A stretch of DNA of 64,000 nucleotides from Amoebidium appalachense (GCA_963693365.1 CAVNZM010000013.1:1141817-1205816), one strand, 5' to 3'. Counted from the first letter of the stretch, positions 35,589-52,373 are shown. Numbers and translations: made by a program. Notes: generated by a model from the sequence alone, not told the origin.

Positions 35589-37102
35589 TGTGTGTGCTCG
35601 CGCGCCCTTGCGTCAAGGATTGAAAGTTAGTCACTAACGTAGGCAAAATATCAATGGTAGTAACCTGCTAAAAACCTCAAAAAACTTCTACTGAATAACA
35701 TCCTCAGGGCCGATCTGGCACTCAGTTAACGGTTACCAGAAATTCATCATCATGGGCTGCCAGTGGCACCAGGTCCTAGGAACGGCCCGAGGCAGCACAA
35801 GTTGAACTCGTCACCGTGACTGTCAACCATGAGCGATGCGGCAGCTGTGACGATGAACCGCTTACTATATATTACAAGCGCCCGGTCAGCCTGAGGTAGC
35901 TATCAAATGTCCTGCGCCGTCATTATTCAAAGATAATTCATCGATCGTCCCTTACTAAGGGTACTGGGGGCTCGGTTTGCAAAGTCTCGCCGTTGATTGA
36001 GCTGCAACCCCGGCAGGGATTCTGCCGGGGCACTCTCCGAGTTTCTGAGAGGTCCTTCTTGCTTATATCTGGCAACCTCCTCTTGGAAAAGTTAACTTGG
36101 ACGCTAAACGGTCACCCTCAGGGTCTGGGCCACAATCTTTCTGTCGGACTGAGTCTCCGATGATTGAGAATGGGTCGGACTGATTGCAAGGATTATGGCG
36201 CCCAGAGACTCGTGACTCCAGGACCTGCCCACTAAAGCAGTGGCCGCGGATTGTAATAGGTTGGCCGAAGGGCTGAGTGTGGGCCAGTAGTGGGGGAGGG
36301 GCACACTTAGGGGAGGGACACCTACTGTGCGTTGATTGGCCAGGGAAGTATGTGGGATAGTCGGGGCGAAAGAGCAGGAATATGCACGCGGGTGATTGGA
36401 TGGCGGGAGAGAGGTGCAGAGGAGTGCAGGGGCAACGTATCGGGTCAGAGGAAGAGCGGGAAGAGAGATCGAGCCGGGTCAAGGGAAGCATGCGAGCCGG
36501 GTCAAGGGAAGCGTGCAAAAGGAAGAGAACGAGCCAAGAGAGCGGGCCGGGAGAGGGGAGAAATGGAGAAAGGGGGAAAGGGGGTGGATTACCTGATTGG
36601 TTGCCCATTGTAGTCATTCCCACCAATGGAGTAACAGCACCATTAGCTAGAAAAAGCTAAGATGAAATAACCAAAAATGGAAGGCTTTCTGCTTAGGAAT
36701 GTAAAAAAAACGGCTTCTACCCATCACCCCGATTTCAGGGTTTGATTGTGGGACTAGTTGTGGGACATAGCGGCCGAAACTTTTTTGCCAATCAAAACTG
36801 ATAACTCGATAACATCTGCTTATCACAAAGTAATCATAACGAGGACGATTAGAACGAAACAGGAATAACTGTTCCATATATTACTTGCGGAGGTTTTCCC
36901 AAGTCGACTTGGGGTTTACGCTGTTTACTCGAGGCAAAGAGAACCAGTCTCAGGTATGGGGGGGGTTTTGCTCGGAATATCCCCTCAGCGGTATATCATG
37001 ATCACGTACATAGATGTCGGGTGGTGACTATATATCAGGGTTTACTTTCTCTACGAGACACCATAAAGACTACAAGGAGAAATCAATTAGTTGGGGTTCC
37101 CC

Positions 37103-37160
<58 letters not shown>

Positions 37161-37223
37161 TTTTTTAATTTTAATTTTAATTTTTTTAAAGGGGCTTCCC
37201 TCGGGACACTCGGTATCAGCTGG

Positions 37224-37290
<67 letters not shown>

Positions 37291-37304
37291 TGTGTGTGTG
37301 TGCG

Positions 37305-40300
37305 CTATAATTTTGTAGTGATGTGTTTCTCAAGCCAATCAATACATCTAATAAACAGGTCGTAGTTACGCGTGTTTAGTATAAAATCAAGGATGTTGTA
37401 ATTTACAGGTAGGCTATCTTTCTGGGTGTCTGTTGTGAATGTGACGTGTGTGTGTTGCGGTATTATGTGGTCTATCAAACTACATTTGGCGATACATGAC
37501 CGGTTAAACTGGTGTGTGTGTGTGTTGTTTGGGCATGCAAATGATGCCACCTTATACTTATTAGATCTCCACTGTATAGCACGTGTACAGTAAAAGCGTG
37601 GTAATTGATCAATAATACCATCAGCTAGAGAAAGACCAGTTCTACAGGAAGGTAATATGTATTTAGGTGTTATACACTTGCGAGTGCCATATTTGGCAAT
37701 ATGGTTGAGGCGGTCAGTATATATAAAACGAGACATAAGGCTTAGTTTTTCAAGGTGTATGCTTTCATCGGGTCTAGTGTTGTGTGGTATCTTTTTCCAT
37801 TTGTTATATTGCGTGATTATCTTGTGATTGTGTACATGTTTAATAAGTAAGTGGCAGTCCAAAGTCACACACACACTATTGCGGGGTTTATTTGTATTTG
37901 TGCCCAGGGGAGAAGGGGAGAGAGAGGGGAGGAAAGAGGGGAGAGGTGAGGAGGGGACAGGTCGGATAGAGAAGAGAGGGTGGGAGGGCAAATACTTCTT
38001 TAAGCGGCTTATGTGCTTATTGAATTTCAGCGCGAGATAGGATACTCTAGCAGCTATTGGGACCAGACCATATATCGAGAGCGTTACAGGCCCAGGTTTA
38101 CAACAGTTGTTAGATAGAAAGGAGGCAACTTCTGCTTCAAGGAAATTTGCCAAGGGTGTAAGCGCTCTAGTTCTCTCTTTCTTGATCCAAGCGGCGAGAA
38201 GGGGTAAACCATATTCACATGCCGGGAAGACAAAAGTGCGAATAAATGTAAGTCTAATAGAAGGATGGAGGGGTGTGTCTTTAAAAATATTAGCCGAGAA
38301 GAAAGCTAACCGCTTACGAGCCAACTCTACCCTCTTTTCGACCATATGGGGAAACATAACACCAACAGAATCAACCGGAACACCAAGATATTTGTATTCT
38401 GGAACTATAGGTACAGGTTTAGATGATAATGTAAATGTGTGTAAATTGTTAGCTATATCAGGTACAAGAACACCACATTTGTCTATGTTAAGGATCATAA
38501 GGTTTGCCTTGCACCACTCTGACACTACATCGAACAATCTTTGCAGGCGTCTAGGGGTACGGGCAAGGAGGGACAGATCATCAGCATAGAGAAGTGCAGG
38601 CGGAAAGTTATTAATAGGGTCATCGTTTTCGGCGTAAATCTTGACAGCCAAATCATCTATAAATAGGTTAAACAAAAAGGGGCTAAGCAATGAACCCTGC
38701 AAGAGACCTCTAGTACGAGCAAAACCATATGAAAGATGCCCATTAACCACAGCTCTACCATAGGTTTGAGACAAGAGTGCTTCTAACAGAACACCAATGC
38801 AGTGTGGTACACCCCGTGCAGCAAGCTTTTCCCATAGGAGACCAGGGGAGACAGAATCGTAAGCAGTTTTCCAATCAATAAAGCCAACATATTGTGCACC
38901 AACTTGCATAGAATCGTGCAGTGCCATTATTTGAACATAACATGAATTGTTTTTACGAAAAGCGGATTGGCATGGGTGTATGTGAAGAATAGATTGAAAC
39001 CTAGGGTGGTGTGCAAATAACCTAAGTAAGCAAGCTTCAAAGAATCTACGAACAACCTGGGTTAGTGTAATGGGGCGAAAGGATGATATGGGGCCCTCAG
39101 AGTCCTTCTTAACTATGGGGATCACTAAGGTATCTAACCAAGATGACGGGACATGTCCACATTTAACACACCAAGAAAAGAGAGAGCTTAACATGATAGT
39201 AAGATCAGGTTTAATAGCACGATCACTTTCCTTTTGTGGGTAGGAGGGAACAAGGATTTTAAGAAACCCAGCAGGGAGTCCATCAGGTCCACAAGACTTA
39301 CTAGAGCTATAACTAGATATCACAGACCATATGGCATCGGGGCTGAAAAAGGGGAGGATCGATTCTATGGGGATAGATGGGTCTACAGGCCACACAATAG
39401 GTTTCTGAGCGGGGGTCCTATCTTTAAACAGTTCCGAGAAATACTTATCAGAGTCTATGAGGGGGTCTCCAGTGGTATCACCAATAATACGAGCAGGGGG
39501 GCCAAATCGATTCATACTAGCAAGCCGGCGCAAGCTTTCCTTTTGAGACAGGGGTTCACCTAGTCTAGCGGGAGTGGTGTTTGGTAACAAGAGAGCATCG
39601 GGATATTCCTTCCTACCACCGCCAGCATAATCACCGAGATCTATCAAATCATCAACAATAAAGTTAGTGCATGTATCTAGTACGAGATGTGAATCTGGCC
39701 TGGCTTGTGCAGATTCTAATAGGCGCATATATATAGGGTGTTTCGTAGCATAGCATACACATACATCAACTCTACCCCACTGTGACTTAAGCTGGGATAG
39801 ACGGAGGCGAAAGGTGGGAGGAGGAGGGGGGAGCAGATCAAGGGAGATCTTAGGTAGGAAAAGGATAGGAGAGTGGTCAGATGACCTAGAGAGGTTAGGA
39901 GGGAGAGAGAGTTTTGACATGGTTGATGGCCAAAAGGCCACTCCCCAGTCGGTGTTGTGGGCATGGGATATTTGAGGGAACCGCAAAGTGTGACTTTGGA
40001 CATACCTTGCTAAAGGGATAGCACGCTCCGGGGGCTTAGATGGGTACCCGACACTCACTTGCAGTGTGTCTGTGTGGTGGAGTCGCGTGTTAAAATCACC
40101 TAAAATAACAGTGGACATTGGTAACTGTGACAACTCGTGAGTCAATTCGACAACCGACATAGATGGTGGGTAATATACAAAAGTAAAAACATTAGAAAGA
40201 AACTCTATAGAAACCGAGAATTCCGTTTTTGCTACCGGTTTGCACTTCACTCTCACGTGTGGTGCGGCAAGTACAATAATGCCGCGGTTTTTCGCGTAAC

Positions 40301-40499
40301 CGGGGTGTGTGGATGTGTCGACCAATGTAGAGTTGAATTTGTTGTGGTTTTTAAACTGTGTTTCGCAAATCACTGTAAACGTGTGGTTGTTTGTCTGTTG
40401 TTGTATGTAGCTGATTTTATCGTCGAGTGTCCCGGGGGGGAGGCCCTTTTGGGGGCCCAGTGTCCGAGCATTCCAGAAGAAGAAGGATAAATTAGGCAT
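37305..40499 (-). CDS. LINE ORF2: apurinic-type endonuclease plus reverse transcriptase (1064 aa)
   Basis: APE motifs FWNARTL, ICETQ, VYYPP, ILGDFN, SDHSPI. RT motifs GPDGLP, FRPITL, QSAFR, FIDWKTAYDSV, GLLQGSLLSPFLFNLFIDDL, YADD, YKYLGV. Confidence 0.97.
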   Translation of the reverse strand: MPNLSFFFWNARTLGPQKGLPPGTLDDKISYIQQQTNNHTFTVICETQFKNHNKFNSTLVDTSTHPGYAKNRGIIVLAAPHVRVKCKPVAKTEFSVSIEFLSNVFTFVYYPPSMSVVELTHELSQLPMSTVILGDFNTRLHHTDTLQVSVGYPSKPPERAIPLARYVQSHTLRFPQISHAHNTDWGVAFWPSTMSKLSLPPNLSRSSDHSPILFLPKISLDLLPPPPPTFRLRLSQLKSQWGRVDVCVCYATKHPIYMRLLESAQARPDSHLVLDTCTNFIVDDLIDLGDYAGGGRKEYPDALLLPNTTPARLGEPLSQKESLRRLASMNRFGPPARIIGDTTGDPLIDSDKYFSELFKDRTPAQKPIVWPVDPSIPIESILPFFSPDAIWSVISSYSSSKSCGPDGLPAGFLKILVPSYPQKESDRAIKPDLTIMLSSLFSWCVKCGHVPSSWLDTLVIPIVKKDSEGPISSFRPITLTQVVRRFFEACLLRLFAHHPRFQSILHIHPCQSAFRKNNSCYVQIMALHDSMQVGAQYVGFIDWKTAYDSVSPGLLWEKLAARGVPHCIGVLLEALLSQTYGRAVVNGHLSYGFARTRGLLQGSLLSPFLFNLFIDDLAVKIYAENDDPINNFPPALLYADDLSLLARTPRRLQRLFDVVSEWCKANLMILNIDKCGVLVPDIANNLHTFTLSSKPVPIVPEYKYLGVPVDSVGVMFPHMVEKRVELARKRLAFFSANIFKDTPLHPSIRLTFIRTFVFPACEYGLPLLAAWIKKERTRALTPLANFLEAEVASFLSNNCCKPGPVTLSIYGLVPIAARVSYLALKFNKHISRLKKYLPSHPLFSIRPVPSSPLPSFLPSLSPSPLGTNTNKPRNSVCVTLDCHLLIKHVHNHKIITQYNKWKKIPHNTRPDESIHLEKLSLMSRFIYTDRLNHIAKYGTRKCITPKYILPSCRTGLSLADGIIDQLPRFYCTRAIQWRSNKYKVASFACPNNTHTHQFNRSCIAKCSLIDHIIPQHTHVTFTTDTQKDSLPVNYNILDFILNTRNYDLFIRCIDWLEKHITTKL

Positions 40500-41676
40500 C
40501 GGTTTGGTCCGACACCTGTGGGGTTGGTTCCCACTTGTCGCTTACGGGGTCGTATGCACGACCTTCCGCCAGTGCGAACAGTTCGCAGAAGAGCTCGATT
40601 TCCATCTCGCATCGGCGTTTGCGCTCGAGCAGTTTCTCACCAGAAAACATTGGTTCCTTCGTGTCCGTGTCTATCACGCTCGTAGCATCGTTTTCCAACT
40701 TTGCGAGGAACTCTTTTGCCTTGCTGATGCGTACACGACAACGTGTGGCGCACGCATTCTTAGCAGACACTTTACGTTCTTTGTCTGCTTTCTGAATGTT
40801 TTCCGGCGCGCATGGGTCGTAGCTTGGGAGGTGGGTGAAGAAGCTTCCACACCCCTTTGTCGCGTCACGGATGAACGCACGGTTATAGTCGCCCCGTACT
40901 GCTACTTCCAGCACATCGTATCCAATGAAGGACAGACAAAGGATGCGAGAGCACCGGAAGCCGAGAGCCTTGAAGATGGACCACATGGCCCTGTGTGGGC
41001 GTCTGCCGTGCTTGACTTTGAAATACACCCTCTCGTATTTGGGTGGGATGTTGATGTTACCGTTTGCTTGGGTGTTCCCCTTAGCCGGCGGTTTGGGAGG
41101 GGAGTTGCGGCGGTACTCGTTGCCTGCAAGAATGCTGGCATATGTTTCCTTGGCAATTTGGCGGAGCTCGGGTGTTTTACGAGAGTTCGCATATTCTAGG
41201 AACTCTGCCGGGAGCTGTGCTTCCGGTCCTGTGTTGTTTTGTGTTGGGGTGGAAATGTCTCCGTCGCGAGATGTTTGCTCATGAGTTTTGGGGTTTTGCG
41301 ATCCACTAATGTTTAGCTGGGCTGTGAGTGAATCAATGGTGAGCTTGAGTTGGGTATTTTCTGTTTGGAGTTTTTCTATCATGTTCTTGAGTGGTAACAG
41401 CTCATTTAGCTGTTTCTTAACGAGGGCAAGTTCTGCCAGTACTGTATCAACCGAAAGTTTCGGCATGGTTGTTATTGTGTTTCTACGGAGTGGTGTGGTG
41501 TTATTCTGAATGGGTAGTGTATTGTAAATAGGTGTTGCGCTTAGTCTAAGGCGATGTTTTTCTGGTTGTGCATCTGTGGTAGGTGTATCTGCTGGACGTT
41601 TTAATGGTCGCACATGTGTGATGGGTGTAGATGGAACTTTGAAAGAGGTTCTGAAACGATTATAGGCATGTGCCAT
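40492..41676 (-). CDS. LINE ORF1 protein (394 aa): coiled coil plus putative RNA-binding domain
   Basis: Lies directly upstream of ORF2 and overlaps it by 8 nt. Heptad segment LAELALVKKQLNELLPLKNMIEKLQTENTQLKLTIDSLTAQL; globular block ALGFRCSRILCLSFIGYDVLEVAVRGDY...YDP; no CCHC knuckle. Confidence 0.88.
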   Translation of the reverse strand: MAHAYNRFRTSFKVPSTPITHVRPLKRPADTPTTDAQPEKHRLRLSATPIYNTLPIQNNTTPLRRNTITTMPKLSVDTVLAELALVKKQLNELLPLKNMIEKLQTENTQLKLTIDSLTAQLNISGSQNPKTHEQTSRDGDISTPTQNNTGPEAQLPAEFLEYANSRKTPELRQIAKETYASILAGNEYRRNSPPKPPAKGNTQANGNINIPPKYERVYFKVKHGRRPHRAMWSIFKALGFRCSRILCLSFIGYDVLEVAVRGDYNRAFIRDATKGCGSFFTHLPSYDPCAPENIQKADKERKVSAKNACATRCRVRISKAKEFLAKLENDATSVIDTDTKEPMFSGEKLLERKRRCEMEIELFCELFALAEGRAYDPVSDKWEPTPQVSDQTDA

Positions 41677-41781
41677 GACATGGATGGGGGTGTTCCCCGG
41701 CCCTTAGGGCCACGGATGGCCCGGTTTAGGGGTGGATGCGCGAAGGATACTATTTATTAGCAGATAATAAAAAGCGACATT

Positions 41782-41849
41782 TGAATCGATGTGTGCGACT
41801 GAATCGATGTGTGCGCGACTGAATCGATGTGTGCGCGACTGAATCGATG
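41782..41849. repeat. 20-bp tandem repeat (TGAATCGATGTGTGCGCGAC), ~3.5 copies
   Basis: Directly visible; ~90 bp beyond the proposed LINE 5' end. Confidence 0.92.
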
Positions 41850-42961
41850 AAGTCGACTTTCTGTCTATATATTTTACACATCGCTCATGCGCTTCAAAGA
41901 ACGAGTAAGGAGCAGACAGGGCTGGTCTCTTCAGCATACAGCACACACCTTGTTTTGGACGGCGTTCTTTTCGCGGGATAACGCAACAGCTTCAAGGTAC
42001 TGTTAATTTTGGGGCTGCATCTTGGGAGTGTTGGTATATGGTGAACTGGTTCTGTTGTTGTTGCAAGTCACTCTCCATCGTCATCTACTACGCGTATTCA
42101 GACTTGCCTGTTATGTTCTATGCACCTGCGTCTGCAGTTTTTTTTATTTCGTGCCTCATGGGGAATACCTCCTGCTTGTTTCACAGGTTAACCTGGTAAT
42201 GGCAGGCGTAAATGGATATTTGTCCCTTGGGTTGCCTCTGTGTGTGCTGTGCGCGTGTGTATACTTTTTTGAGGGGTAGAGGAGAAAGTCAAACGTAATG
42301 CTTCTCTTTTATTCTTATCTCTGCATGTGGTTGGCTTTGTGTTTTGAAGAGAGGGGATGAGTGTCAATGAGGGAGGGAGGGAGGTGGGGGGGGGGGGGGG
42401 GGGAGAGAGAGAGAGAGAGAGAGAGAAAAGAAAGAGAGATAGAGAGAGTGAGGGAGTGAGGGAACGGCACCGAGAAAGAGGAGGGGAATGAGGTACTCCA
42501 GAGACGCAGGGGGCTTGGGGGGAGGGGGGAGAGGCCTAACCCTGCTCCTCTCTCTGTTCCTTCCCTCTCTGATGTTGTCTTCGTGTTTGTTATTCTCCAA
42601 CTTCTTCTCCTGTTTTTCGCAACAGTAAATTTATGCTGGCCCTCTTCGTCTCTTCCTCACAAATCCCCACGGAGGACCCCTGCTCTCCCAGACATAGCTG
42701 TACGAACGAGCGTCCCCACGTATATTTTGCACCGTTCGAACCCCCCCCCCCCCCCCCCCGGAAGGCCCCGGTGGCCTAGTCTTCAAACAGAAGTGCCATC
42801 ATACTTTCTCTTTTCTTTCTGGCTGCTGATTGCTTTGTGTCTGTCCCCCTCCCTTGTGCTACCACCACCCGCTTTCTCCCTCGTTCAGCAGTTATCGATT
42901 TTGATGACTGCTGGCATCCAGTTATTGCAGTCCTCATGTTCGCGGCAAACGTTTTTACTTT

Positions 42962-42994
<33 letters not shown>

Positions 42995-43599
42995 ACCCAC
43001 CCACCCCGTTTCCACTCTTCTGCCTATTGCAATCATTCCTGCCTTCTTCCTAAGCTCCCCCTCTCCACCCCTCCCCTCCCCTTCTGCGTATTATACTGGT
43101 CTTCATTTTGGGGTTCTAAATAACCCCCCCTCCCCCCTCCCCTTCGTCAGGTGTATGTTTTATTTGTATGTCTCGCATACTCTGCCTTTGAACCGTGTTA
43201 GTATTCTACGTGGCTCTTAAGCTTTTACCTGCTTCAACTGCCATCCTCCCAACGGGTCCTATATAAGTATCTCTTGCCTGAACAATTTTTATTTACTGGT
43301 TTATGCCTTTATGTTTTTTGTGTATATGATTCTGAAATCCTTTGCCTCGGCAAGTTCCCCTCTCTAACGCATATACCTCCCCCCCCCCTCTCCCTCTCGG
43401 CATTCATTGCCGTGGAAACGGACACGGCACTCACTCCTTAAACATAAACACCGACCCAAAAATCAAGGCCCCACACGTACACATATGCGCAAACACATTA
43501 GCTCCGATGTACCTCATATGCACACACACCCACATACACACAAAATGTGTGCAGGCATAGGCTCACTCGCACTCGCACTCGTACGTGCAGACACAAACA

Positions 43600-48619
<5,020 letters not shown>

Positions 48620-48621
<2 letters not shown>

Positions 48622-49480
48622 CCGAGTATTACTGAGAGTCTTGCCTGATATAGAATTCGTCTTCACAGTTTCCAAGACTGGGGGCGCGACCGTCACATGG
48701 TCACAGGGCAAGCCGCTGTGGGTAGCGGAACACAAGAAGGAGGACATTCCGGATCGGCTGCTGCGCTCAAGGCCTGCTGCACCACCCAGTCTGTAGTACT
48801 GATGCAGTTGGGCTTGCATGTTCTGAATGCTTGTTGTTCGGATGGTTTGTGTCCTCTCCTCTCAAGGCTATCTCGTGCATGGTTTCTCTTTGGGTTTTCT
48901 CTTGTCCGTCATCCCCGAGAGAAGGGGGGGGGGGGGGGGGGGGAGGCACAGGTCCAACAGTACACTTGGCCACCTGTGTGCACTACGCTGTGACTACTAG
49001 AACCGATTGATCTGGGTTTGTCAGTCGGATTCAAGGGGATAACACAGTTGGGTTGGATAGGATAGCTTTGCTTAAACGTTCGTCACATGGGATTGTAGAC
49101 ATGTTTCTTGATGTTATGGTGATACCGGTATACGCGGTTCCCCATACCTTCTCCTATATTCCTGCATAACACTCACGACCAGAGCACCTTTGTATACGTA
49201 AGCACACAAAATAACCGTTTACGTAAATAGAGTAAAGTTTAATAACAAGAAACATTGGATTGTAGACATGATAGGACATGGTCCTGATAATAAAGACCTA
49301 CCACTAAGGCTGCAAGCACGAGAGTGTCCATCCGTGTCAGTGCCTTGAGGCAAACGAGTTGACCACCACGGGATTGTGTGTGTTTTTGACAATATGTGTT
49401 ACTAGCCACTCTTTCTTTGTGCATGTGAACACCCGTCATGCATACACATCCAAAAGGACGCAGGCACATGCACTTCCACG
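48620..49480 (-). pseudogene. Degenerate Mutator (MULE) transposase fragments
   Basis: Frameshifted minus-strand pieces in the expected order: LRPFGCV..HM..GGQLVCL..GTDTDGH..LVLAALVV (start of DDE domain), KGALVVSV.., and SWIM-like SGLPCDHV. Confidence 0.5.
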
Positions 49481-49587
49481 AATCCAGCTGTGTGTTCTAT
49501 TTCTTGTTGTTTAGCTTCTAAATCGAGAGGCACAGACGTACGGTCGATCCCCACATGAGTGTACTATCCTTAGCACCCCCCCCCCCC

Positions 49588-49630
<43 letters not shown>

Positions 49631-50370
49631 AAAAAAAAGAAAAAGAAAAAAAAATATATATTAATAAAACTAAATACAAGTAATAAAAACACACAAACAA
49701 CCAACCCCCCCCCCCCCCCCAAAAAAAAAAAAAAAAATTAAATTAAATAAATTAAATAAAATAATATAAAAAACACGCACAAACGCACCCCGGCCGCATT
49801 GAACTAACCTATGTGATGTCTGGCATCTTTTCACACGTGTATGAACCCTTAATCGCCTGGCCTTAAGTGCAAGCAGTGCATTAATTGCGGGCCTCATAGG
49901 CGAAGCATATATGGCCTCATGCAGCGGCAGCCCCCGCCCCCCTCCCCCCCCTCCACATATATACACACACTATAGTGCACCCCTACCCCCACCCCACCTA
50001 TGCACCCCTGAGCCCGCCCCAACCCCCCGCCATTGTCCCCCGTAGGCCTTCCCTTTCTCCCTTTATTTAAAAAGAACGTCTGGCATATTATAGTAAATAA
50101 CTTCATGCACCCAACACAATAATACAATCAATAGCTTCCAAAAACACCACGAACGTAGGGCCCACTCCCATATCAGTGTACTGATACCAGGTTGTGTGTG
50201 CACATACACAGCTCAAAGTCCACATGTGGCACGAGCTCGAGCTGGATTATCATGTTTGTCATGAGTCTCCGCAGTGCATTCACATATGTAATGTGTGTGA
50301 CGTGCACGCATGTTTGTGTATGCATGTGTTTAAGCCGTGGTGTGTGCCTTTCATTTGTGGGCCCGGTGGG

Positions 50371-50424
<54 letters not shown>

Positions 50425-50508
50425 AGCCAGTACAACGTGGCAAACGTGAACCCCCGGCCCATCCCCCTCCTGGCCCATCCTCCCTCCCTTTCCCAACGTG
50501 CACCAGCA

Positions 50509-50544
<36 letters not shown>

Positions 50545-50605
50545 ACCTCCCCCTCCCGCTCCTTCGATTTATATCTATGTGACTCCTCAGAAAGTTTCTT
50601 AATAA

Positions 50606-50703
50606 ATATGCATACACAAAATATAGTACACAAATATCTCGTTGGAGTCTCTTATTCGTGGTTGCTGACTCTATGTGCACGGGAGGTTGCAGAACGGGCT
50701 AAA

Positions 50704-50741
<38 letters not shown>

Positions 50742-50839
50742 CTGTGAGTGTATGTCGGAGGGGGGCTGTGGAAGAGGATATCGAGATTGGTGATGAGTAC
50801 CCACGACATACTTGTGTACTATATTTTGTGTATGCATAT
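50606..50839. mobile_element. MITE-like element with a 28-bp perfect inverted repeat, extending imperfectly to ~50 bp
   Basis: ATATGCATACACAAAATATAGTACACAA at 50606-50633 and its reverse complement at 50812-50839. Confidence 0.65.
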
Positions 50840-50925
50840 CTGGTATGTGTGCCGGTGTGCTCGTGCCACAGTGTGCATGTGTGGATATCGATGCACTGAT
50901 TATGTGGGTGTGGGTGGGTGCAATG

Positions 50926-50985
<60 letters not shown>

Positions 50986-51539
50986 TTTATATTATATCAT
51001 TAGCAATCTTTGTGTTTTAATTACTATGGCATGTGGGCACAACGGATTTGCCACGAATCGTGGCACTGTGTGTGTGGTGTGTGCGTGCCATTTCCCGATG
51101 TTTTTTACCGCCCTCCTTTGGGGGGGAGGGGGGGGGGAATGGGAGAAGGCATGATATCTAAACTTCACTGGCAGTTCCCAATCGCATGGGGGTGCAAACG
51201 TCGGAATTCTAGGTATTTCATATGCCTTGCGCACTGGGCAATGCATGCCATGTGCTAAGATCTGCAGTTGCAAAAGAGATTTAAGAGAAGGCTTACAGGG
51301 GGCAATGGAGAGTAATATACTAGCATCTTTGAGTTTGGGTAGCCCCACGGCCACCCAATCTTATCCCCCCCCCCCCCCCCTCTCTCCACCCCCCCCCCCC
51401 CCTCTCTCCCCCCCCCCCTCCCCCCCACACACACACATAAACAAATACACACAAACCACAACAACAACCGAGGGATTGCAGGGGAGCATGTACAGCTGCA
51501 GGTTGTTGCATTTGAAGTTACGGGGTATGTGACGGTGGG

Positions 51540-51725
51540 TATGTGACGGGGGAAAATTTAAGTTGCATATTTTATCCCACTTGAAATCATCGCGCGCAGG
51601 ACACTTACAGCCTCAAAGGAGCCACTGTCTCCTTATACACACTAATGTACAATGTACCACTGTAAGAGGTTCCATTATTAGTCGCTAATACACCACTAAT
51701 GGTCTAACATATTCACCGTGTTTTG

Positions 51726-51759
<34 letters not shown>

Positions 51760-51837
51760 GCGGGTGGCATTTCATGGTGCTGTTTCGGAGTGGTAGGGGT
51801 AGAAGTGATAGTGCTGGTGTTATGGGGAAGGGGATTC

Positions 51838-51882
<45 letters not shown>

Positions 51883-52341
51883 GGAAGGGGGAGGGGGAGG
51901 GGGGGGGGGGGGGGGATCAAAGAGGCCCGTGAGATAGTCCGTACATGAGATGTTACAGTACATGTTACTGAGTCACGTTCTGGTGGAGCCATGGGTATGT
52001 GTGTGGAGATTTTATTCCATATTTTATGCTTCTAAGCCGTTTGAAATTCACGCGCGCAGGACGCTTTAGCCGCAAAGGAGCCACCGTCTCCCAATACACA
52101 CCAATGTACAATGTACTAAGAGGTTCCCTTATTAATCGCTAACACAACACTCATTGTCAAACATCCGTAAAATTTAACCCGGGGCAGCACCCCAGTCTTG
52201 TGAGCGGGTCAGGTACGTGATTCGTACATAGGGGAGGAGGGAACAGAGAGAGACAGGGGTGGCATTTCATGGTGGTGTCACGGGCGGTAGGGCTAGAAGT
52301 GATAGTGCTGGTGTTTTTTTTGGGGGGGGGAAGGGGGGTAT

Positions 52342-52373
<32 letters not shown>

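Larger units (their letters stand above)
37104..41691 (-). mobile_element. Apparently full-length APE-type non-LTR retrotransposon (LINE)
   Basis: Two uninterrupted ORFs, a 3'UTR containing (CA)n, and a ~50-nt poly(A) tail (T-run 37104-37155). Candidate 8-bp TSD GTTCCCCG at 37096-37103 and 41692-41699; the 5' boundary depends on this TSD. Confidence 0.93.

Noticed and set aside
35640-37095. Unique-looking DNA with a 187-aa minus-strand ORF (36063-36626)
   Set aside because: No domain, splice chain or terminal repeat recognised; possibly old TE sequence but unsupported.
38107-41509. Plus-strand ORFs antisense to the LINE (e.g. 40504-41199, 38107-38589)
   Set aside because: Shadow frames of the real minus-strand ORFs with no recognisable motifs.
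41692-41760. HDV-like ribozyme at the LINE 5' end
   Set aside because: GC hairpins are present, but I could not build the nested double pseudoknot, and the segment lies outside the candidate TSD.
41782-41849. CRISPR-like appearance of short direct repeats (also 26941-27181 and the 44-48 kb array)
   Set aside because: No unique spacers of constant length, no cas genes, and a eukaryotic context.
51580-52165. OTU-protease-like GD..SF.AVS.L peptide in the duplicated block
   Set aside because: Catalytic Cys missing and multiple stops; too weak.
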